A stretch of DNA of 63,734 nt, counting the filler, from Choristocarpus tenellus KU-1152 (Eukaryota; Protista; Phaeophyceae), in assembly GCA_964200185.2 (NCBI GenBank). It is 10 parts of 10 records of this genome, joined end to end, with 100 filler letters (N's around TTAATTAATTAA, not from the genome) between each part and the next. Parts side by side here need not be neighbours in the genome. Positions count along the whole stretch, not along the records: positions 23,142 to 26,406 come from CAXNAD020021172.1; positions 26,507 to 30,810 come from CAXNAD020015207.1; positions 30,911 to 40,125 come from CAXNAD020003875.1; 7 more parts are not named here. One strand, given 5' to 3'. The translations under genes were made by a program, and so were the position numbers. Below, in pieces: positions 26,047 through 38,357 of this stretch; the stretch's first letter is position 1; each line of letters starts with the position of its first letter. The notes below the pieces were generated by a model. It was not told the origin of the DNA. It ran no database searches and was given only the letters and a program-made list of their open reading frames with translations.

Positions 26047-26506
26047 CTGACTTTTAGAGCCAAATCATACATTTCCACAGTTGTGTGCATTGTTGTACTT
26101 CGTTAGTAAATGGTAATACTAAGTTGATTGTCTCGTGCCCGGTCATGAGCAGTGAAAACGTATCTATTCTCCTCTCAGGGGGTTACATCGCCTTTTTCCC
26201 GAGCCTTCTGTCGAATAACCTAGTGTTATCCTTACAATATCTGTGCTGATACAAGTATGTAACATAGATTAAATGTATGTTTATATTTAGTTCGGTACAA
26301 TACAAAGTAGGAACGTTCAAGAAAATATAATAAGGAGTAGGTAGATGGGAAGATAAGGAAGACAGTAGTACAATATTTGATAGTGGTGGAGTAACTGATT
26401 AGTGGTNNNNNNNNNNNNNNNNNNNNNNNNNNNNNNNNNNNNNNNNNNNNTTAATTAATTAANNNNNNNNNNNNNNNNNNNNNNNNNNNNNNNNNNNNNN
26501 NNNNNN

Positions 26507-26640
26507 AAATAATAATAATAACAATAATAATAATAATAACAATAATAATAATAATAACAATAATAATAATAATAACAATAATAATAATAATAACAATAAT
26601 AATAATAATAACAATAATAATAACAATAATAATAATAACA
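26507..26640 (+). repeat. (AAT)n/(AAC) compound microsatellite
   Basis: Directly visible, mostly an 18-bp higher-order unit. Confidence 0.95.
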
Positions 26641-26647
26641 CGCACAG

Positions 26648-26773
26648 CCGAAGGTACCTGCCATCCCAGACATCAGCCCTGTCACTGTGGTAGATATCAC
26701 CCAGGCTAGTACGCCCACCAGCCAGGACACAAGAGTGCTTGAAGCAACACGTGGCCATCTCAAATCGAGGGGG
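26648..26773 (+). CDS. Possible internal exon of an unidentified gene
   Basis: ACAG acceptor, 42 open codons (PKVPAIPDISPVTVVDITQASTPTSQDTRVLEATRGHLKSRG), then a GTTAGG donor. Confidence 0.3.
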
Positions 26774-27187
26774 GTTAGGAATCCATTGGACTGGAAGAGC
26801 TGTCACAGACACCTGGGTTAATGGGCAGAACCAACATTGTTGCAATTATTTAAAAATCCATTCGAGCGGGGAGGGGAAATGGGGTTGTACAGTCATGGAA
26901 GGCCTTGTGGCGGTGCAGTTTGCCTGAGCTGTCACATGGTGACATTTAAGGCTATGCTTGTCTATTCATAGTGTACAATTGTGTTGCACATTGTGTTACG
27001 TTGTGTTGTGTTGTGTTGTGTTGTGTTGTATATTGTGTTGTATATTGTGTTACATTTCATTGTGTTACATTTCATTGTGTCACTGTGTTACCTTGTGTTG
27101 TGTTTCTGGTGCATAACTCAGCAACAATGAGATAGCGAGAAATGCCTGACTAAAATGCTGCAGCAGCATACCGCTCTTGACTTTGCG

Positions 27188-27322
27188 CCCAATGGAAAGG
27201 GTCTCACAGAAGACAGTCTCACAGAAGACAGTCTCACAGAAGACAGTTGGCCATGACTCACCCACCCAATGGAAAGGGTCTCACAGAAGACAGTTGGCCA
27301 AGACCCACCCACCCGATGGAAA
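27188..27322 (+). repeat. Nested 15-bp / ~46-bp tandem repeat
   Basis: (GTCTCACAGAAGACA)x3 lies inside a repeated CCCAATGGAAAGGGTCTCACAGAAGACAGTTGGCCA...CACCCA unit. Confidence 0.9.
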
Positions 27323-27428
27323 GAGGGAGCAACGAGGGCTCGCGTTTGTATACTGGTAAAACGTTTTACCAGTGAGGGCCTACGCAACATACGATATATT
27401 AACACCTCATAGTTGCTTTTATCGTGTA

Positions 27429-27512
27429 CCCTAACCCTAACCCTAACCCTAACCCTAACCCTAACCCTAACCCTAACCCTAACCCTAACCCTAACCCTAA
27501 CCCTAACCCTAA
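27429..27512 (+). repeat. Interstitial telomeric repeat (CCCTAA)14
   Basis: Perfect tract. A degenerate tract follows at ~27552-27600 and an inverted TAGGGTTAGGGTTAGGG at 27662-27678. Confidence 0.97.
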
Positions 27513-28223
27513 ATACATACAATTATCACCCGATAGAATTTCTCATCGTGTACCCAACACCAACCCTAACTCTAACCCTGACCCTAACCCCAACCCTAAC
27601 CATCATGTAAGGGCACGAAATTAGTAAATAACCGTAACGAACTGGGGCGAAGCCAATTTGCTAGGGTTAGGGTTAGGGTACTCTAAAACACTATATATTC
27701 TTAGCAAGTCTATCTCGTATCAGTTTTTTTTTTATTAAATGCGAGAGGTTGAGCGTTTCATTTTACTACTACTACTCCAAAGGAGTACTAAATTTAAAAA
27801 CGAACAACTCTTCAAAAATATATATATTCTAATTTGGGTACATCATTTACAACCCTCTACCCCAGTACGACAGTGAACAATTCCAAAATTTCAAAAAAAA
27901 ACTACTGCAATTTTTTTTTTTTTCTTCCTTTCACCGGTCCATTTTTTCAAATATATATACATATATATTTATTTATTCATTTTAAACAATAGCACGCGGT
28001 AGTACAATGTGGAAAAGTCCATCCTCGGATCCAAGCAACAAACTCGACCAATCAAGAGCAATGCCATCACAACAACCATTTATTTATTTTTTGAAGTGAG
28101 AGAGAGAGCTCTACTACAGCGCAAGCTCTTAGTACAGTAGAGTCTTATCAACTTCGAACTCCTTACAAAAAAAATTGCTAAACAGTTATCTCTTTTCTTT
28201 TGTACGGAAAGGATTTTAAAAAA

Positions 28224-28257
<34 letters not shown>

Positions 28258-28463
28258 AGAAAAAAAAAACAGGCGATTACTTTCTTTCGGGTATATGCGT
28301 ATCAGGTGCGATTCGCAAACAGAAAAAGAAAAAAGAAACGAGCGAGAAAAGAAACTTCTTGGGAAAAAAAAAATCTCAGGAAAAAAAAGGAGAGACTGCA
28401 TCGCACAAGCGTTAGAAAATTGTTCTGCAAATGAATTATAAAAGGAATAAAAAAAATTATCAC

Positions 28464-28630
28464 CTTTCCGGAGACCGGGTCTACACCTTCCTCTCGAAGG
28501 ATGTCTACCGTGGCGGTGGAGGTGTACTGCCCTGGGTCGCCCAGAGCTATGATTCCTCCGGCCACCAGCACGTGTGGCGTTGGGGACCAATTGTCGCTGG
28601 TGTCCTTACCACCAGTCCAAAAGACTCCCA
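28464..28630 (-). CDS. Isolated exon, possibly from a Kelch/beta-propeller protein
   Basis: GC-rich open frame GVFWTGGKDTSDNWSPTPHVLVAGGIIALGDPGQYTSTATVDILREEGVDPVSGK in an AT-rich context, ending at a GTGATA donor. VLVAGG is Kelch-like. Confidence 0.45.
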
Positions 28631-30000
28631 CTGATGTGGCGTACTTGGGTTCATTCAGTCTTTTTTTTTTTTTACCGGGGGGGGTAAAGAGTTGTAGAAA
28701 AAAAAATATATGAGAAAAACTTAAGATTCATAACTGACTGCCTTAGTTGGGGACATATAAATTAAGCGTTTTTGTTTTAGGATTAGGGTTAGGGTTTGGG
28801 TTTGGCGGGGGTCAAGGTTAAGAGGTGGCTTCTATCGGGAAGTTCTAATGAGTAAAGGGGAGTAAGGTCTTCTTCTAATAAAAAGGTTAAATGCAACAGG
28901 AACAGCGACAGCGAGGTCGATTATAGTGCTATAGTGGATTTAGGGTTAGGGGAAATTTTGAAGTTTGTGTTGCAATGAGGGTGACTAACCACGTACAAAG
29001 AGTTGAAAAAAAAAATGGAGAAATAGGAGTAGGGTTAAGGTGTGACAGTAGGGTTTTGAGAACTCACAAAGAATGAAGGGGTTAGGGTTAGGGTTAGGGT
29101 TCTGGAGCTCTAAAGCGCAGATTTAGGGAGAATATATTAATGGGCAAGCTGGTCGGGGATGGGATGAAGAAAGGCTATATATAAAATGTGATGATAAATA
29201 TATACTAGGCGATTTGAAATTAAAATGTGTTGATGGCATCTATCAAAGGAGTTAGTAGCTCGCACATATTTTTTTTCAAGTTTGTAACATATTGCTCAAG
29301 TGGGCAGCCGCATTAAATACGGGGTTAGGGATGGCAAAAAGGGTTAGGGATGGCAAAAAGGGTTAGGGTTAGGGCTAGAGTTGCAAAGGGCTTACTTAAC
29401 AACAAGATCGATTGATCCACCTCACCCTTCTGCACCACGGCAGTGCAATATAGTAGTGCTGCATAACAAACTCGAAGTACTTGTCATGCAGCAGAGTTCA
29501 ACGGCCATCCCGTGGCATCCCACGTACAAAACCTCGATTCAAAAAAAGTAAAAGTAATTCATAGCTCCACTTCGGTCTGCAATAAAAATAAAATCGTGAT
29601 CACTCCTCTGTTCGCAACTATCCCCTGTAGGGTCTTGAAATAAAAAAAAAAAGGACTAACAGCACCTAGAGTCATGCACCATTGCCGGAATTGAGGACTG
29701 AAGTTCAGTAAATCACAGCAGAATAAATTACAGGGGTGCTGAGATGTACACCATCACAACATGGTACCACAGCACAATGTCAGAGTTGGGATCGACTACT
29801 ACTACATGGAAAGTACGGTACATTGTACCACAGGGTTAGGGTTAGGGTTAGGGTTAGTCCAGACAAGTGATAAGAAAATAGATACAGTATATATGCGTAC
29901 ATCGTATCACGATGTATTGCACCATTCAGTAGGGTTAGGGTTAGTCCAAATAGGTGATAAGAAAATAAATAGAGTAAATACATGTACACGTAAAGTATGT

Positions 30001-30003
30001 GCA

Positions 30004-30051
<48 letters not shown>

Positions 30052-30088
30052 TGTACATGGATGTGTACATGGATGTGTACATGGATGT
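30001..30088 (+). repeat. (GT)n(GA)n microsatellite plus a 12-bp unit x3
   Basis: Directly visible; (GTGTACATGGAT)x3. Confidence 0.9.
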
Positions 30089-30744
30089 TTCTTTCGAAGA
30101 AGTACAAAACCAAACCCAGCCCCTTTTAGGGTGTTGTAGAAAACTAGAATCCAGGCCACCGTAGTCCACCACAGATGAAAAAGATGCTACTTCATACCAT
30201 ACTCAGTCTACTCTACTGTAACTAGTTGGCCTCACTCCAGCAGGCTTGAGTTTTCTGGGTTCCGATACCCTACAACCCTTTCTGTCCCTCACTTAATCTC
30301 AACTCAAGGCGATCTCCTCAACGAACCCCCGGCAGGGTACGCCACTGAGCTCTACGATCAAGGGTTTTGTAGTGGGGAGGCGGTAATGCGCCTCAGCGAG
30401 GTCTAGGGAGGTCGAGACAAGGGTCACATGTCCAGTAGTAATGTCACCAAAAACAGCAACAGTTACATTTTGGTGTCACTTTGGAGGACCCTTACAACCT
30501 ACTCACAATAAAATATATAAAATATATAAAATATATAAAATATATAAAATATACAGAACCTAGTTCGCTCACCGAGACAAAGAGATCAGGGACGGGTGTA
30601 GAGATGGGGGTAGGCCACGCACGCACTTGCTGTTAAATACTGCCTTATAGTGTTGGTGATAAGCCGGTGGGCACAACAGGCAATACCTCCCCAGGTCGCC
30701 CCAATTTCAGGCAACTAGTCACAGCCCAGGGGCATATGCCCGCA

Positions 30745-30778
<34 letters not shown>

Positions 30779-30910
30779 ACCCCCACCCCCCCCCCCCCCC
30801 CACCCCCCCCNNNNNNNNNNNNNNNNNNNNNNNNNNNNNNNNNNNNNNNNNNNNTTAATTAATTAANNNNNNNNNNNNNNNNNNNNNNNNNNNNNNNNNN
30901 NNNNNNNNNN

Positions 30911-31015
30911 GGGAGAGCACCACCCCCCCACCTTGAGGATAGTGCTCACTCCGATAATAAACATATCCATACCACACAAAGCAAATACTCTACTTGAGTA
31001 GCTCTCTTTTGCATA
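30911..31015. mobile_element. End of an LTR from the same family as 50183-50519
   Basis: Matches 50420-50519 (GAGCA..CCCACC...CTCACTCCG.TAATAAA...CTCTTTTGCATA) and abuts the Gypsy integrase relic. Confidence 0.65.
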
Positions 31016-31940
31016 AAACCCACGTTTGATAAGGTTAGAGACTCGTTCGTATTGTTGGCCAACATTCAATATCGACGTTCGTACATGGTGTCGTGATTGT
31101 CAAGCATGCCAAACACTTAAGACTGCTCATAAGAAACCTATGCTTCCCACTGGGCATATGCCCGTTGACAGACCACTTCAACGAGTTTTTGTTGATTTGG
31201 TAGAGTACAAAACACGTTCCCCAACAGCAAATGGTGTGATGTGCTCGTATGTGTTGTTTGCCATTTATCACCTCACTCGTTTTGTTGTGCTGAGTCCTGT
31301 TCCAAATAAAGAGGCCGCAGCATTTGCTCGTATGCTGGTAGAACGTGTATTTTCAATTTTTAGCCCACCTGAGTTGTTACACTCCGATCAAGGTACCGAA
31401 TTTGAAGACAGATCGTTGCAGAGTTACAGTCTGTCTTTGGTTACAAGAAACCCAAAACCACACCTTACTACCCCCAAGGAAATTCTGTGTTAGAAAGAGT
31501 ACATGCTACGTTGCATTCTATGCTAGCAATGTATATCTCTGTTGCTGAGGATAACTGGGCATCGTTATTGCCTTTCGTACAATTAGCCCATAACAGTGCA
31601 TTCATTACAAAATTGCATGAAACCCCGTTTTTCTTTGTGTTTGGAAGACAAGCTTATTTATCTGTTGATATTATCCTTGTTTCGTCTAATGCTGATTCAG
31701 ATATCACTACTAAAGAGTTTACTCAGCCAACCAAAGATAATTTACAGCCTGCATTTGAGCTGGCACGTCGTAACCTCCATTAACAAGTTAAAAATCAGGA
31801 GCGTGTCAACCAACGTCTAGTGTTCCCCGTTTTTGTACTCGGTGATCAAACTCTAGTCCCTAGGCCACATGAGAATATTGATGGTCCGAATCCGAAGTTA
31901 CTTCACCCTTGGAACGGTTCGTATGAAGTACATTCTAAGG
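31016..31940 (+). mobile_element. Ty3/Gypsy integrase relic (frameshifted)
   Basis: Zn-binding region YCWPTFNIDVRTWCRDCQAC, core motifs RVFVDLVE...LHSDQGTEF and GNSVLERVHATL...WASLLPFVQLAHNS...ETPFFFVFGR, and a GPY/F-like PKLLHPWNGSYEV. A frameshift lies near 31410. Confidence 0.92.
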
Positions 31941-31941
31941 T

Positions 31942-32874
31942 TGTTGAAACCTGAATCGAATGCATTGTACATGTAAAGCAAAATGCGTAGACTACGAGCG
32001 ATGAGGAATCATGGCGTTGCAAAGTACCGATGAGTGATATACGTAGTCTGTGTTATGGATAGGTGTGACTGTGCTGCAAAGCAGCGATGTATTTATTCTG
32101 TTGTAACTCACGTTTTACGAAGGGGAATCGTGTGAGGCTCGTAACCTGTTGAAACCTGAATCGAATGCATCGTACATGTATGTAAGCAAAATGGGTACAC
32201 TACGAGCGATGAGGAATCCTGGTGTTGCAAAGCACTGATGAGTGATATGCGTAGTCCATGTTCTGGTTAGGTGTAATTGTGCTGTAAAGCACCGATGTAT
32301 TTATTCTGTTGTAACTGAGGTCATTGATCTCTCAGTCAAGAATGATGCAATGGGAATTCGGTATTCTTGGTTCTCAATCCAGAATGATGTGATGTGAATT
32401 CAGTGTTCTTTCATGAGATACTCAACGAAAGAAGTCCACGCTCTGTGGAGAGGCTTGTTTCCTTGGCTGGCAAAGGGTTTCCACGGATAGTTTTAACTCT
32501 GATTATATTACATCCATGTGTGTTTGGTAGACTGCAGAGTGGCTTTTGGTGCAATTTGAGGGATCAATGGCAATCACGAAAGAAATAATAATGTACAACT
32601 GTCATCTTCTCCTGATAAGAGAGAGTGAAAGAAAACAGACAAGAGAACAACAGAAGAACAGAACAAAATTGAAACAATATGTGATGCAACGCAAGAGACG
32701 TACACTATACTATAGTTTTTGTGTGGAACGTAGAGCGACCGTTCTGATTGTAGATGATGTGGTGATGACGAACTAGTGAAAGTAACGTCCAGAACGTAAC
32801 AGACCAATCAACAGTCAGTGTTGACTGGTGGAACGTATCAAGGAACAAACGGATGAGTAGCCTATGTTTCAACA
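31942..32874 (-). mobile_element. Internally deleted Copia-type element (full LTR, PBS, partial second LTR)
   Basis: LTR 32147-32874 has TGTTGAAAC...GTTTCAACA ends. On the minus strand it is followed by GGTTACGAGCC (Copia-type PBS). 31942-32108 duplicates 32147-32316. Confidence 0.7.
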
Positions 32875-33018
32875 TTAACTCAGCGTCAGTTCAAGGAGCA
32901 TATATTTCTATATATTCTTCTCCATGTCCCTATGCTTCCGCTGGCGGTTAACAATCGACCGACTGCGTTGTTTGACACACAGGGCTGCAGCCTCGTCACT
33001 GTCCCTTTTGTCCTTGTC

Positions 33019-36000
33019 TCAAAGTTGGTTGACACCTTCCTCGATCTCGTCCTCTGTCATGTACGACCCCAGTTGAGGGGGTAAAGATTTTTCGCCATCG
33101 TCCGGGAGGTAGGACACTGAGTAAGTGTACACCCCTGAACCATCTACGTGAACATCGCTGACCTTCCCCTGTACGATGGCCCCCCCACTCGCGCGTAGGA
33201 TGAAGCTGGTTCCTCGACCAAACCTGGTGTCGGATGTGTCCCCAAGTCTGGAGAAGCGAGCAGGTATCCCACCGAGAGATTGCCGGTTGGATTCCGAGGT
33301 GAACCTCTGGTATTGACCAGGCAGGATCGTGAATGTGTTGTCTAGGGGGTTGTGGTTGATGTTTGTGAAGTCTGGGATGATGATAGCCTGAAGGGGCATG
33401 ACGCTGGCACCCAGTTACGCGTCCTGCATCACCACAAACATGTTCGTTGCACGAGGGCTGTGTTGGTGTGTAGGACTATTGGAATGTGTTTGCGCGTGAT
33501 GGCCTGGTTTGGCTGTATCGGGGCGTTGTTTGTTGATTTTTGTGAGAAACGGATAGTTTTATGTATGATAGAGGATACACTGAGGCAGCCGAATAAACGT
33601 ACGGGATGTGCTTGTTTGCCCTACGTAAGTTGTGAAATATTGTGTGAAATGTGTCTCAGTGGCGGTTGCAGATTGGGAGAACAAAATGACACAGGTTTGG
33701 ATGTCAGGATTGGACGTTATGGGAGGAATCTATGTTGGTTGAGGGGATATAAGGGGGTGCGTGACATCTGTATATGGACAGCGTGGAATCATTTATGTGG
33801 GGCATTGTTTTCTTGGAAGCAATAAAAAGCATTACTCACCTTGTCCGTCCGTGACATGTAAATAGTTGGCACTCCATCAACCAAGCTAGCACTCAGCACC
33901 TGGAAGTCTTCAGTGACAAAGACGATCTCATCTCCAGCACTCAACATCCCTCCGTAGCTGGAGTGGTGTCTGGCGTTCCATTGAACCGTGTCCTTGTGGT
34001 GGACAGTGAACGGCAAGAACTCTCTACCATTTTACTCCGATGGCTGCATCCGCACAATGCATATGTTCCCCTCGGCGAGCTGTCTCTTCTTCCTGGACAG
34101 CTGACTTCTCAGATACATATCACTCGTTCCCGCTTCCGTGGAAAATCGAAGGTCTATCTCCTTAAGCAGGGGCACGTGGGTTAGTTGCCACCTGCATTGG
34201 GTGAGGTTGCCGATGGAACAGTTCGTGCAATAGCACGACAGTTCGGTGTATATCAGCGTACGGGAGTCGTACGGGAGTCTCTGGTGGTGAGCCGACCAGT
34301 GAAGAACCTGAGGATGGACTTGATTCCACTGAGGTTTGGGACACGTGGGTCCTGCCGTCCTGCACGGTCGATCTTGTAAGACGGAAGGTGGACTATATCC
34401 TGTGTGCGGAACGTGTCGATGTATAGAAGTTTCGTACACGTGTTACTGTGCTGTCTGACGTCCCTGTCCGTCCAATCCTAAGGGTTGTGGTGGTTGTGTG
34501 TATAAGGGGAGGGCTCGTACGTGTCAACATCAAGGTATCTGGGGGGGGGTGCCGGCGTCCGTCTTTCACCCCTTTTTCGATCTTCACTTTTTGGTGTGAT
34601 TTGGTTGCGCGTGTCGGGTTTGAAATGTCAGCAAAAAAAGAAGACTGTTGGTCAGGTTCCTTTCTGTCCTTGGGTACGCAAGAAGAATGGGACTATATGC
34701 CACCATTTATTTGGGTTTGGTTAGTAGTTTCGACGTTTGCATGTGTCGGATTTTAAGTCTGTTTAAACTGGACTATTGGTTTATGTATGTGGTCGTGCAG
34801 TTACGATAAAGAATAAGAGTTATGGGTTAGGTTGTTCCAGGGCTGAATATTGGTTTGTTTAGTTGCATGAGTGGGATTTGTTTTACATATAAAGAAGGCT
34901 GTCAGTTAGGGTGTGTCTTCCCACAGTTGGATGAGGAATTGAAAAAAAATAATATGGACTGTTGCGCAGTTGTTTTTTTCGTTTATTTGCTTGCATGAGT
35001 CGTGTCTGGTGTGCACAAAGAGGACTGTCAGTTTGGGCCTGTTCTCCCGTTGTGTGCAAGGGGAACCAAAACATATATGTCATGTACAGTTTAAATGTAA
35101 TACTTCGTTTATTTGCGTGCATGTGTTGGATTTAGTATGTAATAAGACGTGGTTATTGCTCAGGGTGTAGGGGTTAAAATTGTTGGTATGAAGGAAGGGA
35201 AAAAGGTCAGGTTTTGTTTTCAGGTTGGTGCATCATATCTCTCATGTAAGTTGTGGACGGAATCTGGAGGTGTATACGAGTGTTTATTGGTCAAGGTGTC
35301 TATTGTCGTACGTTTCTCTGAAAGTAGTTCAAGGTGAACTTCCAGAGGTCCTGGGTTGATGCTGTGCTTAGGAGCATCGTGCATGGACTTCGGTATTTGA
35401 TCCTCCAAGATTCCAAGGAGGATGAGATCAGTTCTAGTTTGTCGACACACTTGGACAAAGCATGAGATGGTGCATAGAGTATTGAGAAGAAGGGGGGAGG
35501 TGCGTTATAGTGTTCAAGGAATAAATAATGGCTTTGAGAAGGACAGTGTCCGTCGCAGGCCCTGGGGAATTGTTTGGAAAGGGCATCTGAGAAGATGAAG
35601 AAGAGTTGTTTGATTGGTGTATTATACTTTAGTTGTCTAAACCTTGTAGCAGACACGCTCTTTTAAACAATTAGTAACACAAGTCTAATCCTCAATGTGA
35701 GTATGATATATGATACCCTGACGACACTGACTGGTAGCAATGTATCCGATACCGTCTAAATGCGTAACTCATGGAATGGAAAGTGCATGAACACGGTAGT
35801 CGGACACCAAGGCAAGGTACACTGATTTCTGCATCAGTGTACCTGTAACTCTACCCGTACTTCAACAAAAAACTGAAACGACTGAAGCCCTATTTCAATT
35901 GGTGGGCAGACTCGAAATTGCATTCGTCACCCTTCTCCCACCACTCCATGAGCTTAGGGTATGCCTCGACAACAACGTCCCATAGATTTAGACGTGTGGA

Positions 36001-37357
36001 GTATCTGGCGTTCCAAGGTTTGGGCTTCAAGAGGCTCAAGAAGATAGCCTTCCTCGCCTGGAGTGCTTCCACATGCTCGCGACGCAACGTGTTGCCTGGT
36101 TTCCCTCCACAATGGCCGAGTTTAACCCGTGTGGGCTCATGGACGTAGCATTCATCCCCGAAAACAAGAGATTCGGCCCCTTTATCGGCCTTGATGATCC
36201 TAAACCCATGGTCATATATGGCTTGGTTGAGGATATGAGTCTGCACTCGATACTGTGAAGAAGCATGTTTCCTTGGCTATCGTAGGAGCTTACTAACACA
36301 CGCCTCCATGAAGGCTTCGGCGATCCCCACATCGGATGCATCGCCGGAGTCGGCCGTGTCCTGTGTGACGCAATCCTCATCACCATGAGATGACCTTTCG
36401 TCATCTCATCGTCGTACCTCGATGTAGATGGAGACGTATTTATCGAGTATCTGCCCATTTTGGCAGGAGCGAGGACGTCCGTGTAGTAGCCAGGTTCTAA
36501 AGCGCTGCCATCGGGACGACAAGGCTGTTTGAAAGGTCTCATCCGTCCAGCACCTTCTCTCATCCTCTTCTTCCTGACTAGAATCCTTTTCCCCTTTCCT
36601 TTGCCCTTCTCGGAAGGCTTGTCCCTCGGGGTTGGGATGGGATGGGCATGGGCGTGGTTCTCGCTTTGCCTCACTGTATGGTCGTAGGTGTTCCCTGGCA
36701 CTTGGGACTTGCCGCCGCCGCTGCCCACCCAATGGGGTTTGGGGACATTCTGGGGTCACTCCCGACAGGCATGGACTCAGAGCCCACGCCTGAACGCCCA
36801 CCCACGTCCTCCTCTACAAGTTCCTCTCTGGATCTGACAAAGTGTTGGAAACGGGTCGGTCCCCATCACCTTCAGAGTCGTGTACCGAGGGTGTGATTGT
36901 ATGCCTCCCCTCTCACAGTCCTGCTTCCCGTACCTACTGCAGGGCTAGGCGATGGGTTATCTTGTTCCATTTCATCACCTGGTGGGTTGGGTCTTCCACA
37001 AGGTATAGGCATGGATACGCCACCAGCTACCGGTGTCTTCACCAGTGCAAAACTGCGGAAGGTGGAGAGTTGGTCCATGAGGAGTTTGATACGATCCAGA
37101 TCTAGGTTGTCCCCGAGGGCGGTGCATGTGATTACCACGCCTCCTGGTTGGGTCTGGAGAAGGGCGACTTCTCTCTCGTGAGCGGCGTTCGTTTCGGACC
37201 TGAACTCCTCGAGGTCATGCTCGGATGTGTCGCTCTTGTCTGGGGTGATCACGATGGTTGTGACTCTAGTTAACTCTGTGATGGTGGAGGAGTAGGCAAA
37301 GGACGTGGCGAAGTACGGGTCAAAACAATGGGGGGAGGCATTATCGTTAGGAGGCAA
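33019..37357 (-). pseudogene. Decayed multi-exon Sola-like transposase gene, copy 2
   Basis: Minus-strand coding blocks at 37357-35890, 35656-35220, 34475-33840 and ~33560-33019. Motifs include LWDVVVEAYPKL...SATRFRQLK and KIDR...NLSGIKS...LIYTELSCYCTNCSIGNLTQC. An 11-bp duplication (GACTCCCGTAC) causes a frameshift at ~34256-34278. The family call is from remembered motif resemblance only. Confidence 0.5.
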
Positions 37358-37641
37358 GAGATGAGATAGAGGTTGGTGAGAAGGAGTAAGCTAGGCGGGA
37401 TACAGAGGAGGAGGCAGGGGCTGAGGAAGGATATAGACGTGGGGTGGATGCTATAGGAAGGGTTATTTGTACGAACAGTGATGGACTACGTGATTAATGA
37501 TGACGGGATCTGTACGGAGTGCAAGGTTCGTGTCCATGTGTGGGCTATGCAAACGTGATATGAAAAGGGCGTAGCGACGTTGCGGACATGAGGACGGCAT
37601 AGCACTTTCCTCGAAGGCCGCTATTTACCAATAAAAATCGA

Positions 37642-37980
37642 GCACAGATTTATGTTTGACACATGGCAGACAGTGATGAATGAGTTTCATGTGTTCCGTC
37701 AAACGGCAAAGGTCATCAATATCCAAAGCGTGGCAAGACTGTTGGGGGTGTGTGTGTCGATTTGAAACAGTAATCCTGAGCAGGAAAACATTACGTCGAA
37801 TCTCGAAGTGAAAGGTGAACATGAAAGGAATTTACGCACCGACCCGAGTTAGATGTTGGGAGGGCAACCATGCACAGGTTTATGCTTGATATATGGCAGA
37901 CAGTGATGAATGAGTTTCATGTGTTCTGTCGAACGGTAAAGGCCATCAATATTCAAAGCGTGGCAAGATTGTTGGGGGGG
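37642..37980 (+). repeat. Direct repeat of ~107 bp, period ~230 bp
   Basis: GCACAG.TTTATG.TTGA.A.ATGGCAGACAGTGATGAATGAGTTTCATGTGTTC...GCGTGGCAAGA.TGTTGGGGG at 37642 and 37872. Confidence 0.85.
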
Positions 37981-38357
37981 GGGTATGTCTATTTCCGATG
38001 TGAACCCTATTGGAAATGTTCCAATGGTATCAAAGCCCTTACTCGAGCGTATTGAAGGTGTCACCACGTCACCCTGGACAGACGGATGTTGTGGTGTGTG
38101 AAATTGCATCGTCGAATCTTGCTTCTAATTCGGATCAATTATCTGATTACTCCCAACATATGTGATTGCAACACATGTTCCAATTTCGGAAAAAGGTTTG
38201 GTCGAATTCGCTGTGGACATTTCAGATTAAAGCCGTTGAATTGATTCTACGTTGACGTCTTTGATGCGAGGTGAAATCTGTAAATGGCGGATTTGGATTA
38301 GTGTTCAAGTTATGAGTGATTTATTTGATTAGGGTTAGGGTTGGTATCATGGGTTGC

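Noticed and set aside
26451-26845. Poly-L/I/Y ORFs (also at 61219-61516 and 27118-27624)
   Set aside because: These are translations of microsatellite or telomeric repeats.
27429-27512. True chromosome end or telomere fusion site
   Set aside because: The tract is internal to a contig, only 14 units long, and has the wrong polarity for an end-to-end fusion.
33019-37357. Fanzor/TnpB or endogenous giant-virus gene
   Set aside because: I could not recognise RuvC motifs or viral hallmark genes. The Cys cluster and duplicated, intron-bearing structure fit a DDE transposase relic better.
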